Origin: Lachnospiraceae bacterium
GTDB lineage: Bacteria > Bacillota > Clostridia > Lachnospirales > Lachnospiraceae
Reading direction: 5' to 3'
Length of the DNA stretch: 64,000 nucleotides
Assembly (NCBI GenBank): GCA_009779895.1
Contig: WRBB01000016.1
Span: forward strand, 2,363 to 66,362
In this document: piece after piece, positions 11,001 to 18,676 of the stretch
How positions within the stretch are numbered: position 1 is the first letter of the stretch
Layout of the letters: every line of letters starts with the position of its first letter
Notes under the pieces: generated by a model
Databases searched by the model: none
What the model saw: only the letters and a program-made list of their open reading frames with translations
What the model was told of the DNA's origin: nothing
Translations under genes and position numbers: made by a program

Positions 11001-13538
11001 AGCCGACTCCGTTTGTTTACGATTCAGCGAACTGATAAAAGTCCCATTCACATTTTTTTCCGCACACATTTCTTTTAAGTAATAAGATAAGGTCGGATGG
11101 GGACCCACTTCTAAAAATTTTGTATAACCCGCATCTAAAATAGCCATTGCCGCATCTGCAAAATAAACCGCATGACGAACATTGTTCCACAAATAACTCG
11201 CGTCCATTTGCTCGGTAACACATTTTCCTATCGTCGTTGAATACAGTGTTGTTGCAGGCATATGAAATGTAACATCTGCAATTCCCGCCATAAATTCATC
11301 TTTTATTTCTTCCATGTAATGACTATGGAAAGGTACCGTTACATCCAAAAATTTACTAAAAACACCTTGCTCTGTTGCCGCTTCTCCCAATTTTACCAGC
11401 TCTTCCTCTTCACCGGCAAGGGTAACTCCCGTTGCACTATTAATGGCAACAATATTAATACCTTCATAATCAGCAATCAATTCCTCCACTGCTTCTTTTG
11501 ACATGCTAACGGCCATCATTTTCCCTTTGCCGGTCAACCTTTGTTGCAGACTACTTCTGTAATATATCACTCTTACCGCATCTTCAAAGCACAAAACACC
11601 CGCACAATAAAACGCAGCCACTTCACCTGCACTATGGCCGACAATGACGTCCGCCTGAATCCCTTTTGACTCCCATAACTGAATTAACCCGAACTGAATC
11701 GCAAAGTTCGCCGGTTGCGCCAGTTTGGTCTGACTCATTTCAGATGTTTCCTCTTCTGCAGACATGGCTTCTAGTAATGACCATCCGGCATATTTCAAAA
11801 ATTCTTTGTCGCATTTTTGAATCGCTTCCATGAAAACAGGCTCTGTTTTCATCAGTTCTTGCCCCATTCCCCACCATTGCGGTCCCATACCGGTGAAAAC
11901 AAAAACCAATTCCTGGTCCTCTTCTTTATTTTGACGTCCTTGTGCAACACCTAACGTTTGAATATCTTGAATATAATCATTTAAATTTTCTTTCAGCTCC
12001 TCTATATTTTTTGCTACAACCCCCAAACGAAATGGATGTTGATCGCGTCTAAATGCCATGCTATAACCTAAATCATATATATTTTCTATGCTTTTTTGCT
12101 CCAAAAAATCATAATATCTTTTAGCCATTGCCTTTAATCCCGTTTCTGATCTTGCAGAAATCGGGAATATACGCAATGATTCATCCGTCGTAGAGGATAG
12201 CAACGGAATTTCAGGTGCTTCCGCTAAAATCGCATGGGCATTTGTTCCACCAAAACCAAAGCTATTAACTGCTGCAACAGCCATACCTTTATGCTTTGGA
12301 TAGTCCATCAACTCTAATGGCACTTTTAAATTTAAAGCTTCTAAATCAATCTTGGGATTTATTGTTTTCAAATGAAGATGCGGCGGTATTTTCTTTTCTT
12401 TCAAAATCAAGGATGTTTTAATGACACCTGCTACACCCGCCACACTTTCCGTATGTCCAATATTCGTCTTAACAGAAGCAATGACACAGGGCTCTTTTTT
12501 ATTTCTACCCTTGCCATAAGATTCACCAAGTGCATTTGCTTCAATTGGATCTCCCACCGGGGTTCCCGTTCCATGCATCTCTATATACTGAACATCCGTT
12601 AATTTAATTCCCGCCTGTTTTACAGCTTTTTCAATTGCTACTTTTTGCGATTCTCCATTCGGAACCGTAATCCCATTTGTTTGTCCGTCTTGATTCACCG
12701 CACTTCCTAAAATAACCGAATAGATTTGATCTTTATCTGCAATTGCATCTTTTAAAGGTTTCAAAACAACAACAGCAGCACCCTCGCCCCTTACATATCC
12801 ATTTGCCGACTCATCCAATGTCTTGCATTTACCATCCGGTGACAAGAAACCACCACGAGATTCCGCGATTGTATATTGAGGCGCAAAATTCAACAAAATA
12901 CCTCCGGCAATTGCCATACTGCATTCTTTATTTCTAATGTTTTGACATGCCGTATGAATCGCAACCAACGATCCGGAACAAGCGGTATCAATCGCAAGAC
13001 TCGGCCCTACAAAGTCATACACATAAGACAATCTATTGGCAACCAAGGTCATCATACTACCTGTTGCTGAATGCAAGTCAATCTGATCTAAATGATCCAA
13101 ATCAAACTGAACATGTTGATAATCCAGTGTAAACGCACCAATAAATACCCCTGTATCTGACCCTACATATTTCTTTGTGATCATTCCGGCATCTTCCATC
13201 GCTTCCCAACTAACTTCCATTAAAATTCTTTGCTGCGGATCAATAAAGGTTGCTTCTCTTGGGGTAATACCAAAAAAACCTGGATCAAATTGATCCATGC
13301 CGTCTATAAATCCACCTTTTTGACTAACGGTTTTCCCGCTGAATGCGCGATCTGCGTGATAAAAAGTATGTCTGTCCCATCTGTTTTTTGGAACGTCTAC
13401 AATCGCATCCTTACCATTTTTTAACAGGTCCCAAAACTGATGCACATCATTAGAGTTTCCCGGAAAGCGACAACCAATCCCAACAATCGCAATCGAATCT
13501 TCTTTATACTTTTTACCATTCAATACAACTTTTTTCAT
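8004..13538 (-). CDS. Type I polyketide synthase, single module KS-AT-DH-KR-ACP (no ER, MT or TE recognised)
   Basis: 1,844-aa ORF. KS: IAIVGIGCRFPG, DTACSGS (Cys codon 12978-12980), EMHGTGT, NIGHTES. AT: GHSAGE (Ser codon 11631-11633) and VPFHSH (HAFH-like). DH: HCIGGNPLFP = HxxxGxxxxP (His codon 10740-10742). KR: VTGAFGALGQLV Rossmann (~9190-9236) and YTAANAFLD. ACP: LGLDSM (Ser codon 8265-8267). An acidic ~45-aa tail follows the ACP. The ATG overlaps the accA stop (ATGA, 13535-13538), with GGAGG about 9 nt upstream. Confidence 0.93.
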   Translation of the reverse strand: MKKVVLNGKKYKEDSIAIVGIGCRFPGNSNDVHQFWDLLKNGKDAIVDVPKNRWDRHTFYHADRAFSGKTVSQKGGFIDGMDQFDPGFFGITPREATFIDPQQRILMEVSWEAMEDAGMITKKYVGSDTGVFIGAFTLDYQHVQFDLDHLDQIDLHSATGSMMTLVANRLSYVYDFVGPSLAIDTACSGSLVAIHTACQNIRNKECSMAIAGGILLNFAPQYTIAESRGGFLSPDGKCKTLDESANGYVRGEGAAVVVLKPLKDAIADKDQIYSVILGSAVNQDGQTNGITVPNGESQKVAIEKAVKQAGIKLTDVQYIEMHGTGTPVGDPIEANALGESYGKGRNKKEPCVIASVKTNIGHTESVAGVAGVIKTSLILKEKKIPPHLHLKTINPKIDLEALNLKVPLELMDYPKHKGMAVAAVNSFGFGGTNAHAILAEAPEIPLLSSTTDESLRIFPISARSETGLKAMAKRYYDFLEQKSIENIYDLGYSMAFRRDQHPFRLGVVAKNIEELKENLNDYIQDIQTLGVAQGRQNKEEDQELVFVFTGMGPQWWGMGQELMKTEPVFMEAIQKCDKEFLKYAGWSLLEAMSAEEETSEMSQTKLAQPANFAIQFGLIQLWESKGIQADVIVGHSAGEVAAFYCAGVLCFEDAVRVIYYRSSLQQRLTGKGKMMAVSMSKEAVEELIADYEGINIVAINSATGVTLAGEEEELVKLGEAATEQGVFSKFLDVTVPFHSHYMEEIKDEFMAGIADVTFHMPATTLYSTTIGKCVTEQMDASYLWNNVRHAVYFADAAMAILDAGYTKFLEVGPHPTLSYYLKEMCAEKNVNGTFISSLNRKQTESATFYFALAGLYATGVFKEWTRIYPEIGNFVKLPHYAWQREVYWSESSSSKIRRLGVYDRILLGKRLATARPTWEVELKKELIPFLDDHCIGGNPLFPAAGYMEMALQLANEYYGEGFYILEDIAFKKAVFIQPNKPTKLQMTLDEERATFTLYNVSNVDHYELVSTGALKQIQNFAAVKSIDLRGIKEKTLNNMRESTGEKIYKKFHGSGFQYTNTFAAIDKIWVGETEAISKVKMPQVEMPEKYEIYPGILDVCFQGIVALEFGMDDNDDTEIEMRLPVSVDKFLLYADLKEKMWSYCCQTKKTDIYTDCDIYLYDDNGHLIAEIKRLRVQVLEGVSQKVPLKIMDSWLYDLEWLEKENVEEIKEESQPGSWLILRDKSGVSAQYEKILTQQGETYFCVELGEALSIEMEAKKAMIGFNNDEDFVTLYQTVTETMPIKGIMHFWNIDLPKNHEITTQNVLQSGDAGVYTVLSAVKAAVAVEKAPKLWIVTKGAQAIDSQKEREVMQNAIWGTARLLANQEYIASWGGIVDLDPDAIADSLNQLATQVLKGDDEDQIAFRNGLRYVARVRNTSNLTKPLPVQMDEHASYMVTGAFGALGQLVANWLVEKGAKKLILLGRENLPEREAWQNEDLAHKIQARIKFVQGLEEKGATVIVDAIDFLDEHAVKAYFVEHAESLKSVRGVISAVGVVKDMLIAQMSKEVFDEVYQTKVFSHWVLHKCFEKQRLDFFVMFSSIAALITTAGQANYTAANAFLDGLATYRRQKGLAALSIAWGPWAVGMIKELNLINVYRQKGLEPITPDKGMQTLERLIHQNIPYSAVLEADWLTLKESNAKSKIPYLEEVMLNSLDGDDELRSDEEILKEFQSAYSSLSKEDRMQMLEEQVIQIVARALHMKQEEITMENSLTELGLDSMVATELRNKIELKLGASLNVIDLLNNQPLQEKVEKIADQLDTLLELNTMEDLIKDTSEEELDVLLAQLEDMSDEEMAEMLDSNLTS

Positions 13539-14482
13539 TGCTCATAAACCTCCGGAATTGCCATCCGCCTAAATTTTTCATACCGCTGCTGCAACAAACT
13601 ATCTTTTTTTTCTTTTATCAATTTCGCAAGCTCTTCATACAATCTTTCTTTTAATTGTGCCATAACAAAATCCACCTGTGTATGGATGCCACCAACCGGT
13701 TCTTCAATTAAGATATCCACCACACCCAATTGATACAAATCTTGTGCCGTCAATTTCATTAGCTTTGCCGCTTCTTTCGCACGGCTAGCATCTTTCCATA
13801 AAATACTTGCAAACCCTTCCGGCGACAGCACCGAATATATACTATGCTCAAGCATCATGATTCTATCGGCTATACCAATTGCCAATGCGCCACCGCTTCC
13901 GCCCTCTCCAACAACCACCGCAATAATCGGAACCGTTAATTCCATAAACGTCTTTAAGCAATCTGCAATCGCTTCTGCTTGTCCGCGCTCTTCCGCACCA
14001 ATTCCGGGATAAGCTCCCGGCGTATCAATAAGTGTAATAATCGGTCTGCCAAATTTCTCCGCTTGCTTGGCCAAACGCAATGCCTTTCGATAACCCTCCG
14101 GATGTGGCATACCAAAGTTACGTTTCATATTCTCTTCCAATGTTTTACCTTTGACTTGCCCAATAATTGTTACGGGTATTCCTTTTAACAAACCAACACC
14201 ACCGATCATGGACTGGTCATCTCCATAGTACCTATCACCATGCATCTCCATAAAACCATCAAACAACATATCAATATAGCATTTTGCATTTGGGCGGAGA
14301 GGATGGCGCGCCAAATAGACCTTATCTTCCGGTTCTAACTTTTCAAAGGCCTCTTGTTCTGTATTTGCAATCAACTGCATCAATTCCTTTCTTAGGGATT
14401 CATTTTGAATTTCTGATTTATCCAGAGCCAATAATTGTTGTTTTAGCTGCTCAATTAATATCTCCATGCTCTTAAGGCTCAT
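13535..14482 (-). CDS. accA: Acetyl-CoA carboxylase carboxyltransferase alpha subunit
   Basis: 315 aa. ARHPLRPN, GRPIITLIDTPGAYPG and GEGGSGGALA are typical AccA signatures. 4-nt overlap with accD upstream and with the PKS downstream. Confidence 0.93.
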   Translation of the reverse strand: MSLKSMEILIEQLKQQLLALDKSEIQNESLRKELMQLIANTEQEAFEKLEPEDKVYLARHPLRPNAKCYIDMLFDGFMEMHGDRYYGDDQSMIGGVGLLKGIPVTIIGQVKGKTLEENMKRNFGMPHPEGYRKALRLAKQAEKFGRPIITLIDTPGAYPGIGAEERGQAEAIADCLKTFMELTVPIIAVVVGEGGSGGALAIGIADRIMMLEHSIYSVLSPEGFASILWKDASRAKEAAKLMKLTAQDLYQLGVVDILIEEPVGGIHTQVDFVMAQLKERLYEELAKLIKEKKDSLLQQRYEKFRRMAIPEVYEQ

Positions 14483-15360
14483 CGTTTCACCTCAATCTGA
14501 TGTAATTTTGACAATTTTGTTAACACCTCTTTTAAGTCCTCACGCTGCACAACCTGATCCACAAAACCTTTCTCCAACAAAAATTCAGAACGCTGAAATT
14601 CTTTTGGCAAATCTTGATTTATCGTCTGCTTAATAACACGAGGCCCCGCAAAACCAATCAAAGCACTAGGCTCTGCAATAATAATATCACCTAAACTAGC
14701 AAAACTAGCACTAACACCTCCTGTGGTAGGATGTGTCAGCACTGAAATATACAACAATCCTGCTTGGCTATGACGTCCAATTGCCGCACTTGTTTTTGCC
14801 ATTTGCATCAAGGATAAAATTCCTTCTTGCATTCTCGCACCACCTGAAGTGGAAAAAATCAATAACGGTAATTTCCTATGCGTCGCCATTTCAACCAATG
14901 CCGTGATTTTTTCACCCACAACAACACCCATACTTCCCATCAGAAAATAACTATCCATCACAGCAATTGCATATTCATAACCATTCACTTGACCAATGCC
15001 CGTTACAACCGCTTCATTCATTTTATTTCTTTGTCTGTTTTGCACCAGTTTCTCGGAATAACCGGGTATCTCCAATGGATTTTGACTTACTTCAGAAGCA
15101 AACATTTCTTCAAAGGTTCCGGCATCCACAATTTGCTCCAAACGTTCTGTTGCACGCAGCCTTACATGATTATCACAGTGATAACACACAAATAGATTCT
15201 GTTGCAAATCTTCCTTAAGCATACTTTCATGACAATTTGTACATTTTTCATACAATCCGTCCGGAATATTGGCAACGATACGCAATCGCCTTGTTTCTTG
15301 CGTATCAAAAAAACGATTTAATTTTTCTCTTTGTTGCTTAAAAGGATTTCTATTTTTCAC
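14479..15360 (-). CDS. accD: Acetyl-CoA carboxylase carboxyltransferase beta subunit
   Basis: 293 aa. N-terminal zinc ribbon CTNC...CYHC, then the carboxyltransferase core (SGGARMQEG). Overlaps the accC end by 11 nt. Confidence 0.93.
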   Translation of the reverse strand: MKNRNPFKQQREKLNRFFDTQETRRLRIVANIPDGLYEKCTNCHESMLKEDLQQNLFVCYHCDNHVRLRATERLEQIVDAGTFEEMFASEVSQNPLEIPGYSEKLVQNRQRNKMNEAVVTGIGQVNGYEYAIAVMDSYFLMGSMGVVVGEKITALVEMATHRKLPLLIFSTSGGARMQEGILSLMQMAKTSAAIGRHSQAGLLYISVLTHPTTGGVSASFASLGDIIIAEPSALIGFAGPRVIKQTINQDLPKEFQRSEFLLEKGFVDQVVQREDLKEVLTKLSKLHQIEVKR

Positions 15361-16711
15361 TCTTTTCCAACTCCCTTAACAAACGTTCCATGAACCCAAC
15401 ATCAAATATTCCTTTTACATACTCCGGGTTATTTAAAATATAATAATGGAAATCAATATTCGTTGTAATACCCACAATGATAAATTCTTCCAGTGCTTGG
15501 CGCATTTTATAGATACATTCCATTCGATTATTTCCATGAACAATCAATTTACCAACCATTGAGTCATAAAAAGGTGTCACTTTTGCGCCCGGATAAATGC
15601 ATGTATCTAGCCTCACACCAAAACCACCCGGAAATACCAATGTTTCAATTGTCCCGGCGGAGGGTTGAAAACCATGGAACGAATTTTCCGCATTGATGCG
15701 ACATTCTATCGCATAACCCCTCATCTGAATATCTTCTTGTCTAACAGACAATGGAAACCCCGATGCAATACGTATTTGCTCCTTAATCAAATCCACCCCT
15801 GTAATCATTTCCGTGATTGGATGCTCAACTTGAATTCTTGTATTCATTTCAATAAAATAATACTTCTGATCTTGATCCAAAATAAACTCAATCGTTCCTG
15901 CATTTGTGTAATTGATTGCAGCAGCAGCTTTCAGTGCATCCACTATCATACTTTGACGCACCTCTGCCCGCAATGTTGCACATGGTGCTTCCTCAATCAC
16001 TTTTTGATGATTGCGTTGCACAGAACAATCACGTTCGTATAAATGAAGATAATTATTATGATGATCTCCTATAATCTGAATTTCTATATGTTTTGGATTT
16101 TCAATATATTTTTCAATATAAACCGTATCATCCCCAAAACTCGCTTTTGCTTCCGCAGTTGCAAGTTTATAAGCACTTTCAAATTCATTCGCATCATATG
16201 CGACACGCATACCTTTTCCACCGCCACCACTCGCCGCTTTAATCAAGATTGGATACCCTATCTTCATTGCCCATGCAAGACCGTCCGATACGGAAGAAAT
16301 AATGGAATCACTACCCGGTACAACCGGTATTTGATGTTTCATCATCACAGCCCGTGCAGAGGATTTATTTCCCATCAAATCAATCATATCCGAACTTGGT
16401 CCAATAAAAGTGAGTTGACATTGATTCACCAATCGAGCAAACTTGCCGTTTTCTGAAAGAAAACCATATCCCGGATGAACCGCATCACAACCCGTATTAC
16501 AAGCAGCACTCAAAATATTTTGCATATTTAAATAACTATCAACGGCTCTTGGACCACCTACACATATCGCTTCATCTGCCAACTGAACATGCAAAGCGTC
16601 AGGCTCGGCTGTTGAATAAATCGCAACAGTCTCAATGCCCAACTCTTTACATGCCCGAATGATTCTAACCGCAATCTCTCCACGATTTGCAATTAATATT
16701 TTTTTCAACAT
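15350..16711 (-). CDS. accC: Biotin carboxylase subunit of acetyl-CoA carboxylase
   Basis: 453 aa. MLKKILIANRGEIAVRIIRA start, ATP-grasp GGGGKGMR, EMNTRIQVEHP. Confidence 0.95.
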   Translation of the reverse strand: MLKKILIANRGEIAVRIIRACKELGIETVAIYSTAEPDALHVQLADEAICVGGPRAVDSYLNMQNILSAACNTGCDAVHPGYGFLSENGKFARLVNQCQLTFIGPSSDMIDLMGNKSSARAVMMKHQIPVVPGSDSIISSVSDGLAWAMKIGYPILIKAASGGGGKGMRVAYDANEFESAYKLATAEAKASFGDDTVYIEKYIENPKHIEIQIIGDHHNNYLHLYERDCSVQRNHQKVIEEAPCATLRAEVRQSMIVDALKAAAAINYTNAGTIEFILDQDQKYYFIEMNTRIQVEHPITEMITGVDLIKEQIRIASGFPLSVRQEDIQMRGYAIECRINAENSFHGFQPSAGTIETLVFPGGFGVRLDTCIYPGAKVTPFYDSMVGKLIVHGNNRMECIYKMRQALEEFIIVGITTNIDFHYYILNNPEYVKGIFDVGFMERLLRELEKSEK

Positions 16712-16713
16712 AC

Positions 16714-17157
16714 TTAATCACCTATTTCGATCAAAGTTTGATTGTAAGATAAAATATCACCATTTTTAACATGAATCGCTTTTATTTCACCCGCAACAGG
16801 AGCTTTTATTTCATTTAACATTTTCATAGCTTCAATAATACAAAGCGTATCTCCCACCCGAACTTGGCTTCCTACTTTGACAAACGGTGGTTCCTCCGGC
16901 CCGCTCGCTTCATAATAAATCCCAACCAACGGTGCATTCACTGATGTAGTATCAGGTGCTTCTGAGACATTTTCAACCTTAACTTCTTCTCTCGACAAAG
17001 AAGAGACCGCCACCGTATGTTCCTTATTCAAAGGAGGTAATACAGAAACGCACTCTTTTTCTAAAACAAGCTCACCCTCTTCGTCTTTTAACTGTAATTT
17101 ACAAAGTGATGAATCCTCTAACACTTTAATTAACTTTTTCACTTTTTCTAAATCCAT
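16714..17157 (-). CDS. accB: Biotin carboxyl carrier protein
   Basis: 147 aa. C-terminal biotinyl domain with EAMKM biotinylation motif (CIIEAMKMLNEI). Stop lies 2 nt before the accC start. Confidence 0.92.
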   Translation of the reverse strand: MDLEKVKKLIKVLEDSSLCKLQLKDEEGELVLEKECVSVLPPLNKEHTVAVSSLSREEVKVENVSEAPDTTSVNAPLVGIYYEASGPEEPPFVKVGSQVRVGDTLCIIEAMKMLNEIKAPVAGEIKAIHVKNGDILSYNQTLIEIGD

Positions 17158-17343
17158 CTTTTACCCCCTACCCCAAAACAGAATTATCCTATTCGGTATT
17201 GTTTAAATATGTTTTTACTTTAATAGAAAATCAAAGCAATTTCTTAATAAAGTAAAAAAAAATTGCCTGTATAGTTCCATGGCAAATCTCTGAGAAAAAG
17301 TACGCCAAACCATTTTGTAATAACTTAAAATACACCCGTGCAA

Positions 17344-17373
17344 AGTATAACAAATTTCCATCTTATCTTGCAA
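17344..17373 (-). promoter_or_regulatory. Candidate sigma-A promoter for the accB-...-PKS-NRPS transcription unit
   Basis: Minus strand reads TTGCAA (17368-17373), an 18-nt spacer, then TATACT (17344-17349). It lies about 185 nt upstream of the accB ATG in a 394-nt gap after alr. Confidence 0.45.
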
Positions 17374-17551
17374 TATATATGTCGTGAACGGCCAATTAAA
17401 CGACGCGAACGACCCAAATGAAGAAATTCTTAATAAATTTTTAACGAAGACAAGGTTGTTGTAACACAAATGAAATAAAAAACAAGACACATTTTATATC
17501 TGCGCCCTGTTTGTGAATTGTCCGATTACTCATAAAGATTTCAAGGACATA

Positions 17552-18676
17552 TCAACATTTATATTTCCTGGGAATCCGATTACCCAAACAACATAAAAAT
17601 TCATAATTAAAACGATTGCTTAACTTACTCAATTCATCAACATGAATTTCTTCCTTACCCATTTTTCCTACCAAAACCACTAAATCCATACTCTGCACAT
17701 CGGGCAAATGACTCACATCAACCATAAACTGATCCATGCAAATACGTCCCAATATTCTACAACGTTTCCCGCCAATCAATACCTCTCCTATATTAGACAA
17801 AGAACGGGGATACCCATCCCCATAACCTACCGGTATGGTTGCAATTTGCATTTTCTTAGGCGTAACAAAAGTGCTGCCGTAACTAATGGGCGTACCTTTT
17901 GGTACTTCTTTTACAAAGGTAACGTGGCTTGTCAAACGCAAAGCAGGCTTTAATCTAACCTTACTGCGCTCCACTTCATCAGAAGAATAAAAGCCGTACA
18001 CAGACAAACCTGCTCTGACCAAATTGTTGCTAAATTGAGGAAACGCTAAAACCCCCGCACTATTGTTGCAATGATAAAAAGGAACCTCTTTGCCCAATGA
18101 TGCCAAAAACTTCTTATATATCTCATATTGTGTTTTGGTGAAATCCACAGTCGGTTCATCTGCCCTAGCAAAATGGGTGAAAATACCATCTACGTTTAGA
18201 TTCGGCAACGCAAAAATCTGCTTGACCGCTTGCAAGCTTTCTTCTGTCGGTAAAAACCCCAAGCGCCCCATCCCTGTATCCAACTTAATATGTATGCGCA
18301 GCATTTCCCCTGCTTCAACCGCAAGTTGACTCATCTCTTTTGCCATATCATAAGTATAAACTGTCGGGATAATATCATAAGCAATCATCTCTTTGTATTG
18401 CTCCAAAAAGACGCAACCAAGGACAATGATATTCGTTTGAATCCCACCCTTGCGCAATTCTACAGCCTCGCCTAGTGTTGCCACGCCAAATCCCCACAAA
18501 AAATCTAAAGCTTGCTTTGTCAAATGTTGTGCTACTTTCAATAAACCATGGCCGTATCCATTGGCCTTAACCACCACCATCAGTTGACTTTGACCAATAT
18601 TATTATGTAATTGTTTGACATTCTCAGTGATGGCATCTAAGTCTATCGTAGCACAGACACGTCTATGTATTTTCAT
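17552..18676 (-). CDS. alr: Alanine racemase
   Basis: 374 aa. PLP-lysine motif VVVKANGYGHG. Overlaps the nnr end by 14 nt, so it belongs to the nnr operon. Confidence 0.92.
   Translation of the reverse strand: MKIHRRVCATIDLDAITENVKQLHNNIGQSQLMVVVKANGYGHGLLKVAQHLTKQALDFLWGFGVATLGEAVELRKGGIQTNIIVLGCVFLEQYKEMIAYDIIPTVYTYDMAKEMSQLAVEAGEMLRIHIKLDTGMGRLGFLPTEESLQAVKQIFALPNLNVDGIFTHFARADEPTVDFTKTQYEIYKKFLASLGKEVPFYHCNNSAGVLAFPQFSNNLVRAGLSVYGFYSSDEVERSKVRLKPALRLTSHVTFVKEVPKGTPISYGSTFVTPKKMQIATIPVGYGDGYPRSLSNIGEVLIGGKRCRILGRICMDQFMVDVSHLPDVQSMDLVVLVGKMGKEEIHVDELSKLSNRFNYEFLCCLGNRIPRKYKC

Noticed and set aside
17215-17490. 91-aa minus-strand ORF in the alr-accB gap.
   Set aside because: It has a GTG start with no RBS and an implausible Phe/Cys/Leu-rich composition. 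It spans the predicted promoter and leader of accB, so I treat it as non-coding.
17552-18676. Alanine racemase as a tailoring or precursor enzyme of the NRPS cluster (D-Ala supply, given no E domains are seen).
   Set aside because: alr overlaps the upstream nnr gene by 14 nt, and a 394-nt promoter-containing gap separates it from accB. It looks like the housekeeping copy.
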